Counted from the first letter of the stretch, positions 10,261-19,190 are shown. The stretch: 64,000 bases of DNA from an uncultured Acidobacteriota bacterium (GCA_963813155.1 CAWEYG010000003.1:576001-640000); one strand, 5' to 3'. Notes: generated from the letters alone by a model not told the origin. Made by a program: numbers and translations.

Positions 10261-10482
10261 TCACCATCGACGACCACCGTACCAAAACACTTTCATCTCC
10301 CTCCGGCAATTTGGGCACTCATGGGTTTCTACTAGCCTCGCGTATGGATCGAACGCGAGGCCGGGCTTGGTTGCCTTTGAGGATTCAGGTGGCGAGTCAA
10401 GGTCCGGAAATGGCAACTGGATATTCTCATTGCACCAAGGACACACCACCGACCGCGCATCTTGCGTCTGCGCGGCCATCAT
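10261..10482 (-). CDS. Small zinc-ribbon cassette protein
   Basis: 73 aa ORF with CPWC...CPNC pairs between two attC sites. Confidence 0.7.
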   Translation of the reverse strand: MMAAQTQDARSVVCPWCNENIQLPFPDLDSPPESSKATKPGLAFDPYARLVETHECPNCRREMKVFWYGGRRW

Positions 10483-10487
10483 CTGTC

Positions 10488-10549
10488 GCCCAACGATTCG
10501 GCGTCAGCGGTGGAGCAAAGCGACACCGCGCTGCACGCGCGTGTTGGGT
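10488..10549 (-). repeat. attC site
   Basis: Canonical cores on minus strand: ACCCAAC...TGCAGCG...CGCTGACGCCGAATC-GTTGGGC. Confidence 0.9.
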
Positions 10550-10577
10550 CGTAGGGCTCGGTCGGTCCTTTGCTTCG

Positions 10578-11078
10578 TCACTGCCACTTTGAGGATTTCG
10601 GTGCGCTCAACAGTTCGTCAAGTAGAGATGCGACCGCACCCTCGATCTGCCCTTCCAGGTTGTCGGCCGGCGCGATTTCAATGATCGTGTGAGCCCAGGA
10701 AACGTCGCCGTGATCAAACTTCGCGGGGTGATGAAAGCTAGCCGCGACTTCGACAACGTATTGCGGTTTGCATACTGGATCCGGAACCTGCCTCCCCCAG
10801 AACTCGAGGAGTAGGGCGTGCCCAGCCCCCTTCCTGGCAATTATGCCGGCCGATCTGAGGCGTTTCGATACTCGGTCCTCGAGTGCGACCTTGAATCGCG
10901 CGGCCCCGGCCAAGTCGAACAAACCCGCACCAGGTGTTGGCACCATCTCGCCCGACCCACCGATAAAGACCTCAACGCTGACTTCGTCGACGTGGTAGAT
11001 CGGGTTTGATGGCCTTGCCGAGGTCGCCACTGCGGGCGTCGTCGCCAAAAGGCCAAAGAGCAGTGAAAGAGTCGTCAC
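10578..11078 (-). CDS. Hypothetical secreted cassette protein
   Basis: Signal-like TTLSLLFGLLATTPAVA followed by a globular domain; bounded by attC sites. Confidence 0.7.
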   Translation of the reverse strand: MTTLSLLFGLLATTPAVATSARPSNPIYHVDEVSVEVFIGGSGEMVPTPGAGLFDLAGAARFKVALEDRVSKRLRSAGIIARKGAGHALLLEFWGRQVPDPVCKPQYVVEVAASFHHPAKFDHGDVSWAHTIIEIAPADNLEGQIEGAVASLLDELLSAPKSSKWQ

Positions 11079-11090
11079 GATGCAGGCACG

Positions 11091-11220
11091 GCCCAACGAC
11101 CCGGCTTCCCGCCTCCGCGTGAAGCTTCGGCGCGGGTGACCAGCGGCAAGGCCGCAGGCCGAAGCCCCGGCCGAGCCGTAGCCTTGGCGAAGGCTGGTCC
11201 GCTGCAAGCCGATGTTCGGT
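11091..11220 (-). repeat. attC site expanded by two palindromic insertions
   Basis: Collinear with the attC at 8796-8857 except for inserts at ~11108-11140 and ~11159-11196. Confidence 0.85.
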
Positions 11221-11233
11221 GGCGACGCTTTCC

Positions 11234-11473
11234 TCATCTCGCTCGACCTATGATCAAGCCACGTATTCGAAATGCCAGCAACATTGCGAGCATCGGGCCG
11301 ACGAGTAGCAGCCCGGTCATTCCCCAGATCGCAGTATCAGACCCGTAAGGTCCGCAGATTCCGAGCAAGCCAGAGTTTGTTCCTCGACCTACGGCGATCA
11401 CAGCCCACACGTCTGCAACCATCACCAAAAGGAAGACCACGACCGCGATGCTGAGGGCCGCTGCTCTACGCAT
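11234..11473 (-). CDS. Two-TM small cassette protein
   Basis: 79 aa ORF with two hydrophobic helices between attC sites. Confidence 0.75.
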   Translation of the reverse strand: MRRAAALSIAVVVFLLVMVADVWAVIAVGRGTNSGLLGICGPYGSDTAIWGMTGLLLVGPMLAMLLAFRIRGLIIGRAR

Positions 11474-11489
11474 AGACGCTGCTCACGCC

Positions 11490-11565
11490 CCGGAACGACC
11501 CGGCTTCAGCGGCGGCGTGAGCCGCGGAGCGGCGAATCGACGTCCGCTGGAAGCCGATGTTAGCC
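11490..11565 (-). repeat. attC site
   Basis: Minus strand GGCTAAC-ATCGGCTTCCAGCGGACG...GCCGCTGAAGCCGGGTC-GTTCCGG. Confidence 0.88.
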
Positions 11566-11835
11566 GGCATGTGCCGACACCTTCCGTCTAACCCATCCAG
11601 CCAATCGGAACATCGCCCACTCGACCCCGATCGCCGCCGCGAGGAGGAGCGTGAGTGGTGCGAGGTATTGGACTACGAAGTTGAGAGCCTGGAAGCCGGA
11701 ACCGCGGGTGTAGAGCTCCGGTGAATCAGCCGCAATCTTGACCAGATGCCGCCACAAGCCGAAACAGAGGAACGCCCAAGCGACCACGGTAACCGTGACG
11801 ACAGACGCTAAGGCGAGCCGCGTCCGACGCATCAT
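11560..11835 (-). CDS. Two-TM small cassette protein
   Basis: MMRRTRLALASVV... two hydrophobic helices; stop TAA inside GGCTAAC. Confidence 0.75.
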   Translation of the reverse strand: MMRRTRLALASVVTVTVVAWAFLCFGLWRHLVKIAADSPELYTRGSGFQALNFVVQYLAPLTLLLAAAIGVEWAMFRLAGWVRRKVSAHAG

Positions 11836-11842
11836 TTCAGCC

Positions 11843-11910
11843 GCCCAACGACCGGAGTTCAGCGGCGGCGAGCCAGCGGCTCGACATCCCACTGCAACGA
11901 GAAGTCAAGT
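11843..11910 (-). repeat. attC site (R'' degenerate)
   Basis: Minus strand ACTTGAC-TTCTCGTTGCAGTGG...GCCGCTGAACTCCGGTC-GTTGGGC. Confidence 0.7.
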
Positions 11911-11918
11911 GCGTGGCG

Positions 11919-12370
11919 CTAGGCGATCGTAGCCAACTCATCAAGACCCCTCTGCGCACACGAGCGAACGAATTCGTTCGGATGATCAACGAGTTCCTGC
12001 AGCCTGAGCTCGATTTCGCGAGCGCCTAAATGATCCGCCCGTCTCTTTACAGCCGCATTCCCTAAAGACGCCGCGATTAGAGCTAGACAAGGGTCGGCGG
12101 GGATCCCTTCCCTCCGGGAAATCTCGAGAAGAATCTGAGGCTGCAGCTCGCGCGGAGAGCTGGAGGACCAAGGCAAGAGCCTCAAGGACGTCGCGCGCAT
12201 CAGCTTCGGACTCGCCGCGGCGAAATATCATGGTGTCCAAAACGGCTTCCGCACCTGCCGAGCCGGCATCGGCAATGACCCGGCGCCGAGTCTTGATCGG
12301 CCAGTGCAGACGGTCGTGGGTACGCCGCAATTGCCCCTGGATCAGCAGGGCCACGTGGCGAGTTCATCAT
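11919..12370 (-). pseudogene. First cassette-position gene, alpha-helical (HEAT-like C-terminus), frameshift near 12150
   Basis: ORF 11986..12354 N-part joins ORF 11919..12200 C-part (LQELVDHPNEFVRSCAQRGL). Confidence 0.5.
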
Positions 12371-12572
12371 GCTTCTCGATTCTACGCCGTCCTTACGCCT
12401 GCGAATATTCCCCCCTTTGCCCCTTCCTATCGCGGGGACCGGGAAACGGGGACACCGGCAGTTTCTCGAATTGTGATTTTTCGAATGCTCGATTTCGGAC
12501 CCGACTACCCCTCCTTGCAACGCGGGCAGGGGTGGGGTCGGGCCCGGAGGCCCCTCGTCTTATACTCGCCCT

Positions 12573-13466
12573 GTGAGCAGTCTCCCCGTCCTCCCCGCGC
12601 GCCCGACGCGGCTCGAGCGCCCCGAGTGGCTGAAGGTCCGGCTCTCGGCGAGCGGAGAGTTCGACGAGGTCAACTCCATGATGCGGCGGCTGAATCTCGT
12701 CACGGTCTGCGAGGAAGCCCGCTGCCCGAACATCCACGAGTGCTGGGCGCGGGAGCGCACCGCCACGTTCATGCTGCTCGGCGACGTCTGCACGCGCCAC
12801 TGCGGCTTCTGCGCCGTCGGCAAGGGAACGCCCGGCTCCGTCGACCCCGACGAGCCGCGCCGCGTCGGCGAGGCGGTCGCGGAGCTCGGCCTGAAGCACG
12901 CGGTCGTGACCTCCGTGAACCGCGACGACCTGCCCGACGGCGGAGCCGAGCAGTTCGCCGCGACGATCCGCGAGATCCGGCGGCAGAGCCCCGGGTGCGC
13001 CGTCGAGGTGCTGATCCCCGATTTCTGCGGCAACTGGGACGCCCTTCAGGTCGTGCTCGACGAGCAGCCGGAAGTCCTGAATCACAACACGGAGACGGTC
13101 CCCCGCCTCTATCGCCGCGTTCGTCCCGATGCCATTTACGAGCGCTCGCTCGAGCTGATCGCGCGGGCGGACGAATTCCGGCGGTCGGGAGCGAAGCTCC
13201 GGACGAAGTCCGGGCTCATGGCGGGCCTTGGCGAGACTTCCGAGGAGATTCTCTCGACGCTCGCGGACCTGCGGTCGCACGGGTGCGACATCGCGACCGT
13301 CGGACAGTACCTGCAGCCTTACGAGAAGCGGCTGCCGGTCGAGAAGTACTACACGCCCGGGGAATTCGCGGAGATCAAGGCCCGCGCGCAATCGCTCGGC
13401 TTTTCTCATGTCGAGTCCGGGCCGCTCGTTCGGTCGTCCTATCATGCCCGACACGCCGCTCTCTGA
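12573..13466 (+). CDS. lipA: Lipoyl synthase
   Basis: [33 protein letters not shown]. Confidence 0.97.
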   Translation: MSSLPVLPARPTRLERPEWLKVRLSASGEFDEVNSMMRRLNLVTVCEEARCPNIHECWARERTATFMLLGDVCTRHCGFCAVGKGTPGSVDPDEPRRVGEAVAELGLKHAVVTSVNRDDLPDGGAEQFAATIREIRRQSPGCAVEVLIPDFCGNWDALQVVLDEQPEVLNHNTETVPRLYRRVRPDAIYERSLELIARADEFRRSGAKLRTKSGLMAGLGETSEEILSTLADLRSHGCDIATVGQYLQPYEKRLPVEKYYTPGEFAEIKARAQSLGFSHVESGPLVRSSYHARHAAL

Positions 13467-13485
13467 ATTTCGAAACGGAGGACGT

Positions 13486-14220
13486 TTGAAGCTCGCACAC
13501 CTTCTCTGGATTCCCCTCTCCCTCGCCCTTCCCGTCGCCGCCGCCGTGCGGACTCCGACGAAGCCGAAACCCTTGCCCGGTCTCCCCTATCCCCCGGAGG
13601 CGAGGAAGAAGAACGTCGAAGGCAACGTCGTCCTGACCGGCGAGATCACGCCGGAAGGCAAAGTCGCCGGCCTGAAAGTGCTCGCCTCCTCCTCGCCCCT
13701 CCTGGAAAAAGCCGCGCTGACCTACGTCTCGCGGTTTACCTACTCCGGAGGAGCGACCGAGAATGGAAAGCCGATCTCGATTTGCCTCAATACCGTCGTG
13801 CACTTCGTGAAAGACCGGACCCGGCCGAAGGATCCCGTTTCGTTCCCGTCGCCCATCGTGGGAAATCTCGCTCTCTATCCCGTGCCGAAAAAGGGCAATC
13901 CCAACCCGGAAGACGAAGGCTTTCCGGTCGAGCCTGAGGACAAGGGTCTCCAGGGCGTCCTCGACCTCGACGTCCCGGGTACCTTTACCCCGAGAATCTA
14001 CTCGGTGAACGTCGTCGACGTCGGGCCCGCGGGCAAGATAACCCTGCTGCTCCAGAAGGCCGTCAAGAGCGACAAGCAGAACAAGACGGCGTCGGCCCCG
14101 TTCTTCCGCGCCATCGCCGCCTCCGACAAATCGGAAAAGGGGCTGCACACCGTCCGGGTGACGGTCGACGAGGTCATTGCGGGCGGTGGCCAGTACCGGG
14201 TCGGGTCGACGAAGAGTTGA
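13486..14220 (+). CDS. TonB C-terminal domain-containing secreted protein
   Basis: Signal peptide after GGAGG RBS/TTG; YPPEARKKNVEGNVVL. Confidence 0.75.
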   Translation: MKLAHLLWIPLSLALPVAAAVRTPTKPKPLPGLPYPPEARKKNVEGNVVLTGEITPEGKVAGLKVLASSSPLLEKAALTYVSRFTYSGGATENGKPISICLNTVVHFVKDRTRPKDPVSFPSPIVGNLALYPVPKKGNPNPEDEGFPVEPEDKGLQGVLDLDVPGTFTPRIYSVNVVDVGPAGKITLLLQKAVKSDKQNKTASAPFFRAIAASDKSEKGLHTVRVTVDEVIAGGGQYRVGSTKS

Positions 14221-14831
14221 TCCCGTTTCGGCCCGCGCCCGGCCGGGCGGTTCTGTTCGACATGGACGGCGTGCTCGTTTTCTCGACCTCGGCCTGGTTC
14301 GGCGTGTACAACGACACGCTCGCGCATTTCGGCCATCCGCGGATCTCGCGCGAGGAATTCCTCGAGATCTTCGGAAACGGCACCGAGGCTGACCGCGCGA
14401 AGTACATGCCGGAGCGCTCCGTCGCGGAAATCGACGCGGCCTACCGCCGCTTCTTCGAGGGGCGCCTCGCCGACATCACGGTCAACCCCGCCGCCGATTC
14501 GACGCTGCGCGCGCTCTCGCGCGCCGGCGCAAAGACCGCGCTCGCCACGAACACGAACCGGAAGCTCGCCGAGGCGATCCTCGGGCGGCTCGGCCTCTCG
14601 AAGCTCCTCGACGAAATGGCGTGCGCCGACGAAGCGGGAGCGGGGAAACCCGACCCCGCCGTCGTGCGGCTCGCGGCGAAGCGTCTCGGGGTGACGCTCG
14701 ACCGTTGCGTTTTCGTGGGAGATTCGATCTACGACGCGGAAGCGGCCCGCGAGGCGCCCGTGGACTTCATCGGTTTCCGGTTCGGAGAGCGTCCCCGCCG
14801 GATCGAGGAGCTTTCCGAAATCTGCGGTTGA
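14217..14831 (+). CDS. HAD family hydrolase
   Basis: FDMDGVL, KPDP, FVGDSIYD. Confidence 0.92.
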   Translation: MIPFRPAPGRAVLFDMDGVLVFSTSAWFGVYNDTLAHFGHPRISREEFLEIFGNGTEADRAKYMPERSVAEIDAAYRRFFEGRLADITVNPAADSTLRALSRAGAKTALATNTNRKLAEAILGRLGLSKLLDEMACADEAGAGKPDPAVVRLAAKRLGVTLDRCVFVGDSIYDAEAAREAPVDFIGFRFGERPRRIEELSEICG

Positions 14832-15768
14832 ACTGGCGCTCGAGCCCGTATTCCTTGACCTTGTTGTAAATCGTCTTCAACGAGAGCTCCAGCATCTCGG
14901 CGGCCTTCTTCTTGTTTCCCTTGGCGAATTCGAGCGTGCGCTGAAGCACCCGCCGCTCGACGTCCGCCATCGAATCGCCCACGCGGACGGGAACGATCTC
15001 CTGGCCGGGCGCCGCCTCCGTCGCTCCGTCCGGCCGCGCCGACGACCCGCCGAGAACGGACTGGATCGCCGTCAACCCGATCCAGGATCCCGTCGTCAGG
15101 GAGTGGGCCCGGCGAACGACGTTGCGAAGCTCCCGAACGTTTCCGGGCCATTCGTGCGCGTACATCGCTTCGAGCGCCTTCGGATCGATCGCGACGACGC
15201 CCGACCGCTCCTGCGACTCGACTTCTTCGAGGAAGAAAGCCGAGAGGGGTTCGATGTCGTCCGCGCGGGTTCTCAGCGCGGGAACGATCAGCTCTCGGGA
15301 ATTCTCCCGAAGCTCGGAAAGCAGCTTCCCGTCCCGGACGGCGGCCTCCGCCTCGCGGGTCGACGTGCACACGAGCCGCGTCCCGGATTTCTTCGCGAAA
15401 CGGAAAGCCTGCTCCTGGGATTCGAGCGGAAACCGATGGACGGCTTCCAGGATCAGCGTCCCTCCCGAAATCCCCTCGAGATCGAGACGCTCGTCCGCGC
15501 GGCGAGAGGTCGCGGGAAGGCCGCGCCGCCGGGCGAGAACGTGCAGCGCGGACGCCGCAGCCCTCTTTCCGACGCCGGGCTCTCCGACGACCAGAACGGG
15601 AAAAGCGTCGTCGGCCCAATCGAGGAGAGTCGCGAAGAGGTCCTGCATGGCGGACGATTTTCCGACGAGCCCCGCGAGGGGGCCCCCGGCCCGCGCGAGC
15701 GCCAGCCGAAGCTCTCCGAGCTCCGCTTCGAGCGCTGCGAGCCGGCCCTCCGCCGGGGACTTCTCCAC
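14767..15768 (-). CDS. Degenerate sigma54-interaction (bEBP-like) protein with Fis-type HTH
   Basis: GEPGVGK, WPGNVRELRN, C-terminal GNKKKAAEMLELSLKTIYNK; no GAFTGA. Confidence 0.85.
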   Translation of the reverse strand: MEKSPAEGRLAALEAELGELRLALARAGGPLAGLVGKSSAMQDLFATLLDWADDAFPVLVVGEPGVGKRAAASALHVLARRRGLPATSRRADERLDLEGISGGTLILEAVHRFPLESQEQAFRFAKKSGTRLVCTSTREAEAAVRDGKLLSELRENSRELIVPALRTRADDIEPLSAFFLEEVESQERSGVVAIDPKALEAMYAHEWPGNVRELRNVVRRAHSLTTGSWIGLTAIQSVLGGSSARPDGATEAAPGQEIVPVRVGDSMADVERRVLQRTLEFAKGNKKKAAEMLELSLKTIYNKVKEYGLERQFNRRFRKAPRSGGDALRTGNR

Positions 15769-15817
15769 GTCGTTTATTGTAGCGCGATTCGGCGGGAACG
15801 AGCCCCCGCCGCGAAAT

Positions 15818-16678
15818 TCATTTCGTCGCCGGCGGAACGGCTTCTTCGGTGCTCACCGAGAACTGTCGGATGTTGGAGTAGTCGAATCGAACGCGTGTGG
15901 AAGGGTTGAAGCCCATCTTCGTGACGCGGTCGCTGTCGATCTCATAGGAACGCGGCAGGGAGACCTGCCCGGGGCCGGAGGGGGGAGAGAACTCCAGGCT
16001 CATTCGGACTCGATTCGAATCCGTGCGGAATTCCATGTCCAGTCGCTCCGGAGAGGCCCCGTCCGGATAAATCGTCAGCGCGCCGGACGGGTAGTGGCGC
16101 GGCGACTTGGGGTTGAAAAGGTCCTCCGGGATGCCGAGACCGCGCACCTGGCGGAAGAGAAACTGATTTCCCTTCCGGGTCCAGTCGAAATTCTCGACGG
16201 GACCGTCGCCGAAGGCGAGCAGGACCAGCGTGAGGTTGTGCCAGTAGCATCCCGGGAGCGACTGCCCCACCGCGAGATCCACGATGCTGCGGCGCTCCGC
16301 CGCGGCCGAGAGGTGTCGCAGCCGGAAGAAATCCTCGATCTTCCGGTCCACGTCGGGCAGATTCTGCCCGTCCACCGATCGGACGAAGCGAAACTCCCAG
16401 AGCGCGGCCGGATTCTCCCCCAGGTGCGCGATCTGGTAGTCGGAGACGAGAACCCGCCGCCGCTGCACCGTTGCGTTTCCGGTCGTGTCGTTCAGGAGGG
16501 TCTGCGTGATCGTCTCGGTCGCGATGACGTTCTCGAGTTTCGAGAAATATTCGGGGATGTGCCGCGAGAAGTTCCGGATCTCGTCCGGCACGGGCGGAGG
16601 GGCGCCGACCTGAGCCGCGAGCGAGGTCGCGGCGGCGACGGACAGCAGCACCGAAAACCACCGGGACGAGGATCGCAT
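15818..16678 (-). CDS. Hypothetical secreted protein
   Basis: MRSSSRWFSVLLSVAAATSLAAQ signal; C-terminal part of ORF 15818..17929. Confidence 0.75.
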   Translation of the reverse strand: MRSSSRWFSVLLSVAAATSLAAQVGAPPPVPDEIRNFSRHIPEYFSKLENVIATETITQTLLNDTTGNATVQRRRVLVSDYQIAHLGENPAALWEFRFVRSVDGQNLPDVDRKIEDFFRLRHLSAAAERRSIVDLAVGQSLPGCYWHNLTLVLLAFGDGPVENFDWTRKGNQFLFRQVRGLGIPEDLFNPKSPRHYPSGALTIYPDGASPERLDMEFRTDSNRVRMSLEFSPPSGPGQVSLPRSYEIDSDRVTKMGFNPSTRVRFDYSNIRQFSVSTEEAVPPATK

Positions 16679-16704
16679 GGGGAGATTGTACGCCTCCGGG
16701 CCTC

Positions 16705-18171
16705 TCATTCGCCTCCCCGCGGGCCGGGCCACCCCAGCTTCGGCCAGAGGAGGTCGATTTTCCTTCGGGTCTCGGGGTCCATGACGATCTCGTCGGGCCA
16801 CCGCCGGGCGAACCCTTCGCCGGGGAGCTTGCGCGTCGCGTCGATTCCCACGTGGGAGCCGTAGCACGGCTGCCTCGACGCATGATCGAGCTCGTCGATC
16901 GGGCCCATCGCGAATTCGAAGTCGCGCTCCGGATCGATGTGGTTCAGCACTTTCCACGCGACTTCGGCGACGTTGCGAACGTCGGTATCCGCGTCGACGA
17001 CGACGATCACCTTCGTGAACATCATCTGGCCCGTGCCCCAGACCGCGTGCATCACCTTTCGCGCGTGGCCCGGGTAGCGCTTGTCGATCGACACGATCAT
17101 GAGGTTGTGAAAGACGCCCTCCACGGGCAGGTACATGTCGACGATCTCGGGAATCGTCTTCTTCACGACCGGCAGAAAGAGCCTCTCGACCGCTTCGCCC
17201 ATGAAACCGTCTTCCATGGGCGGCTTTCCGACGATCGTCGTCAGATAGACCGGGTTCTTCCGGCGAGTGACCGCCGTCACGTGGAAGACCGGGAAATCGT
17301 CGTCGAGCGAGTAGAAGCCGGTGTGGTCCCCGAACGGCCCTTCGCGGCGCCGCTCCCCCGGATCGACGTAGCCTTCCAGGACGAATTCCGCCTCCGCGGG
17401 AACGAGCAGGTCGACGGTCTTCGCCTGCACGAGAGGGACGCCCTCCTCCCGCAGAAAGCCGGCAAGGAGAAATTCGGAAATCCCGGGAGGCAGCGGGGCG
17501 ATCCCCGAAAAAACGGTCGCCGGATCGGCTCCGATGGCCGCCGCCACTTCCATTCGCCGGCCGTCGCGCTCGTAGCCGCGCGCCTGGCCGGCGCCGTCCT
17601 TGTGCTTCTGCCAGTGCATGCCGGTCGAGTTGCGGTCGTAGATCTGCATGCGGTACATGCCGACGTTCGTGCGGCCGGAGGCCGGATCGCGAGTGATCAC
17701 GAGCGGCATCGTGATGAACCGCCCGCCGTCCTGCGGCCAGCACTGGAGCGCGGGGAGGCGGGCCAGGTCGACGGCATCCCCTTCCTCGACGACCTCCTGG
17801 CAGGGCGCGTTGCGCACGGTCTTCGGAAAAATCGACGCGAGGTCGGCGAGCTTCGGCAGGGCCTTGAGCTTTCCGAGCCATCCCTCCGGCGGAGCCGGAT
17901 CGAGGAGAGCCTCGACCCGTGCGTCCCACCCGGCGAAGGATTCGATTCCGAGAGCGCGCTGCATCCTCGCGCGCGACGCGAAGAGGTTGATCGCGACCGG
18001 AAAGGAAGAACCCTCCACGTTCTCGAAGAGCAGGGCTGGCCCTCCCGATTTCACCATGCGATCGGCGATCTCCGGGATCTCGAGGATCGGAGACACGCGC
18101 TCGCCGACGGTGAGGAGATCGCCGCTCTTCCGGAGGTCCTCCAGGAAATCGGTGAGGTTTCGGAAGCTCAT
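16705..18171 (-). CDS. ubiD: UbiD-family (menaquinone biosynthesis) decarboxylase
   Basis: NVGMYRMQ, EGPFGDHTGFYS, GKPPMED, GIDATRK. Confidence 0.93.
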   Translation of the reverse strand: MSFRNLTDFLEDLRKSGDLLTVGERVSPILEIPEIADRMVKSGGPALLFENVEGSSFPVAINLFASRARMQRALGIESFAGWDARVEALLDPAPPEGWLGKLKALPKLADLASIFPKTVRNAPCQEVVEEGDAVDLARLPALQCWPQDGGRFITMPLVITRDPASGRTNVGMYRMQIYDRNSTGMHWQKHKDGAGQARGYERDGRRMEVAAAIGADPATVFSGIAPLPPGISEFLLAGFLREEGVPLVQAKTVDLLVPAEAEFVLEGYVDPGERRREGPFGDHTGFYSLDDDFPVFHVTAVTRRKNPVYLTTIVGKPPMEDGFMGEAVERLFLPVVKKTIPEIVDMYLPVEGVFHNLMIVSIDKRYPGHARKVMHAVWGTGQMMFTKVIVVVDADTDVRNVAEVAWKVLNHIDPERDFEFAMGPIDELDHASRQPCYGSHVGIDATRKLPGEGFARRWPDEIVMDPETRRKIDLLWPKLGWPGPRGGE

Positions 18172-19190
18172 CGGACGGTCTCGACCGGGACCCCGGCGAC
18201 CACTTCCCCGACGGAAGTCCCGCGGGCGTTTTTAATGCGGGGCCGAACGTATTCGCCGAGCGCGGGCGGCGCTCCCCCGCCGAATTTCTCGACGAGGTGC
18301 ATCGCGACGGCGTAGCGAGCGCGACCGCCGCCGTCGTCGATCTTGAAAGCGATCCCGCGGGCGGGCGATTCCACGCCGATCGCGTAGACGCCCTCGGCGC
18401 CTTCCTTGCCGATCCACCGCCCCGCCCCCGCCTCGAGGAACCGGGTCGTGAACTGTCCGGTTCCCGAAATGAAGAACGGGCAACCGGTCATGGCGGCGAC
18501 CGCCGCGCGGCGGGCCGAGAAGGCCCCCGCGGACTCCAAGGAGAGCGGGTCCGGGCCGAGCAGCCGCGCGTACGCCGTCGCGAGGCGAGAGATCGGCAGC
18601 CGGAAAACGGGGAGCGAACAGCCGTCGACCCCGATTTCGATCTCCTCCTCGGGAAACATCGAGTAGAAGGCGATGCGCGCCCGAATCTCCCGCTGGAGCG
18701 GATGGTCCGGCGCGTCGTACGTCTTCGGGTCGAAACCGAACAACCGGCATGCCAGAAGCATCGCCGCGTGCTTGCCGGAACAGTTGTTGTGGAGCTGCGT
18801 GACGGGCTGGCCTGCCCGGACCAGCGCGGCGGCCGAAGCGTCGGAGTAGGGAGCGTGCACGCCGCATCGCAGGTCGGCTTCCGTGAAACCGCCCTTCTCC
18901 AGCATGGTTCGCGCGGTCTCCGCGTGGAGCGGCTCCCCGTCGTGCGACGCGCAGGCGAGCGCGATTTCGCTTTGCGACAGGGAGAAGGCCGCCGCCCCGC
19001 CGCCTTCGAGAAACGGCATCACCTGGAACGGCTTCGCCGCCGAGCGCCAGTAGACTGGAGTTTCGGCGTCTCCGAACTGCGCCACGACGTTTCCCTCGCG
19101 ATCCGCGACGGCGCCGAAACCTCGATGGATCGACTCGATGCGACCCGCCCGCGTCACGGTCGCGACGACCGGGTTCGCGGCGTCAGGCAC
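18168..19190 (-). CDS. L-asparaginase II family protein
   Basis: ESIHRG, RSAAKPFQ, CASH, HNNCSGKHA, DGCSLP, KEGAEG, KIDDG. Confidence 0.9.
   Translation of the reverse strand: MPDAANPVVATVTRAGRIESIHRGFGAVADREGNVVAQFGDAETPVYWRSAAKPFQVMPFLEGGGAAAFSLSQSEIALACASHDGEPLHAETARTMLEKGGFTEADLRCGVHAPYSDASAAALVRAGQPVTQLHNNCSGKHAAMLLACRLFGFDPKTYDAPDHPLQREIRARIAFYSMFPEEEIEIGVDGCSLPVFRLPISRLATAYARLLGPDPLSLESAGAFSARRAAVAAMTGCPFFISGTGQFTTRFLEAGAGRWIGKEGAEGVYAIGVESPARGIAFKIDDGGGRARYAVAMHLVEKFGGGAPPALGEYVRPRIKNARGTSVGEVVAGVPVETVR

Larger units (their letters stand above)
6678..12451 (-). mobile_element. Integron-type gene cassette array without integrase (CALIN-like)
   Basis: Ten attC-like imperfect palindromes separating short co-oriented minus-strand ORFs; no tyrosine recombinase ORF in the window. 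Confidence 0.88.

Noticed and set aside
7086-11910. Repeats as a CRISPR array
   Set aside because: Repeats are variable palindromes separated by gene-sized spacers with ORFs; no cas genes
12370-12572. attI site or intI remnant upstream of the first cassette
   Set aside because: No convincing GTTRRRY core with integrase boxes and no tyrosine recombinase fragments could be read
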